The position numbers were made by a program, and so were the translations under genes. A model generated the notes under the pieces. It saw only the letters and a program-made list of their open reading frames with translations. It was not told where the DNA came from and made no database searches. Of a stretch of 64,000 nt of DNA, positions 63,586 through 64,000 are shown one piece after another; position 1 is the stretch's first letter, and the number at the start of each line of letters is the position of its first letter. Origin of the DNA: an uncultured Gemmatimonadales bacterium (GTDB taxonomy: Bacteria; Gemmatimonadota; Gemmatimonadetes; Gemmatimonadales; Gemmatimonadaceae); the NCBI GenBank assembly GCA_963701965.1, contig OY969695.1, positions 1,664,001 through 1,728,000 on the forward strand. The letters are read 5' to 3'.

Positions 63586-64000
63586 ATGAGAACGTTCGCC
63601 AATGATCCGGACGAGTCGATTGGAGCGTTGCTGCGCGCAGAACACGCGCGCGCCGAACGTTTGCTCAATCACGTGCGCGGCGGCGTCCTGCTCCTGCTGG
63701 GCGCCGCCGCGATCGTCTATGCACCGGCGCTCACCGCGGCGCTGGTACGGGTGAACATCCTGGTGTTCACCCCGATGCTTCTGTGGACGGCGTTCCAAGA
63801 GCTGCGCTACCACCGTCCGCACTACGCGCCGTCCTGGCTCATCACCGTCAACGCCGCGGCCGACCTGGGGGCCATCACCGCGCTCCAGGCCGGGTACGGG
63901 TTGGCCGGCATTCCCGGATTGGCGCTCCACTCGCCGATCTTCCTGGCGTATTTCGCGGTGTTGGCGAGCCGTCCGTTTACCGGATCGGAGCGACACGCGG
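63586..64000 (+). CDS. Membrane protein, 3' partial (possible sensor N-terminus)
   Basis: Open frame MRTFANDPDE... with several hydrophobic helices to the window end. Confidence 0.6.
   Translation, partial: MRTFANDPDESIGALLRAEHARAERLLNHVRGGVLLLLGAAAIVYAPALTAALVRVNILVFTPMLLWTAFQELRYHRPHYAPSWLITVNAAADLGAITALQAGYGLAGIPGLALHSPIFLAYFAVLASRPFTGSERHA

Overview
High-GC bacterial chromosomal window. The gene style resembles Gemmatimonadota, but that is an inference. Many single-base frameshifts occur even in housekeeping-type genes, so indel errors in the assembly are likely. Bases 1-22.9 kb are accessory DNA integrated in tandem at tRNA-Pro(CGG) (22933-23006, minus strand). The complete ~17.7 kb island (5194-22931) is bounded by a 45-bp att repeat and carries its own integrase and Xis-like gene; a decayed element with a paralogous integrase lies to its left. 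The island holds an apparently uncharacterised cluster: DPPW methyltransferase, DUF6932 nucleotidyltransferase-like protein, XRE-ImmA/IrrE, DUF4186, radical SAM, ASCH and a nucleotide kinase. The cluster has a palindrome-overlapped promoter and faces a DUF3696 ATPase plus RelE-like pair. The rest of the window is core-like (RND pair, ABC exporter, peptidases, thiolase, aminotransferase, PanE, tricorn protease). It also hides two small-peptide loci: a 41-aa lipobox peptide with a C-terminal Cys loop between an AraC-type regulator and a TPR protein, and a stand-alone sigma54-driven pqqA behind an NtrC-type two-component system.
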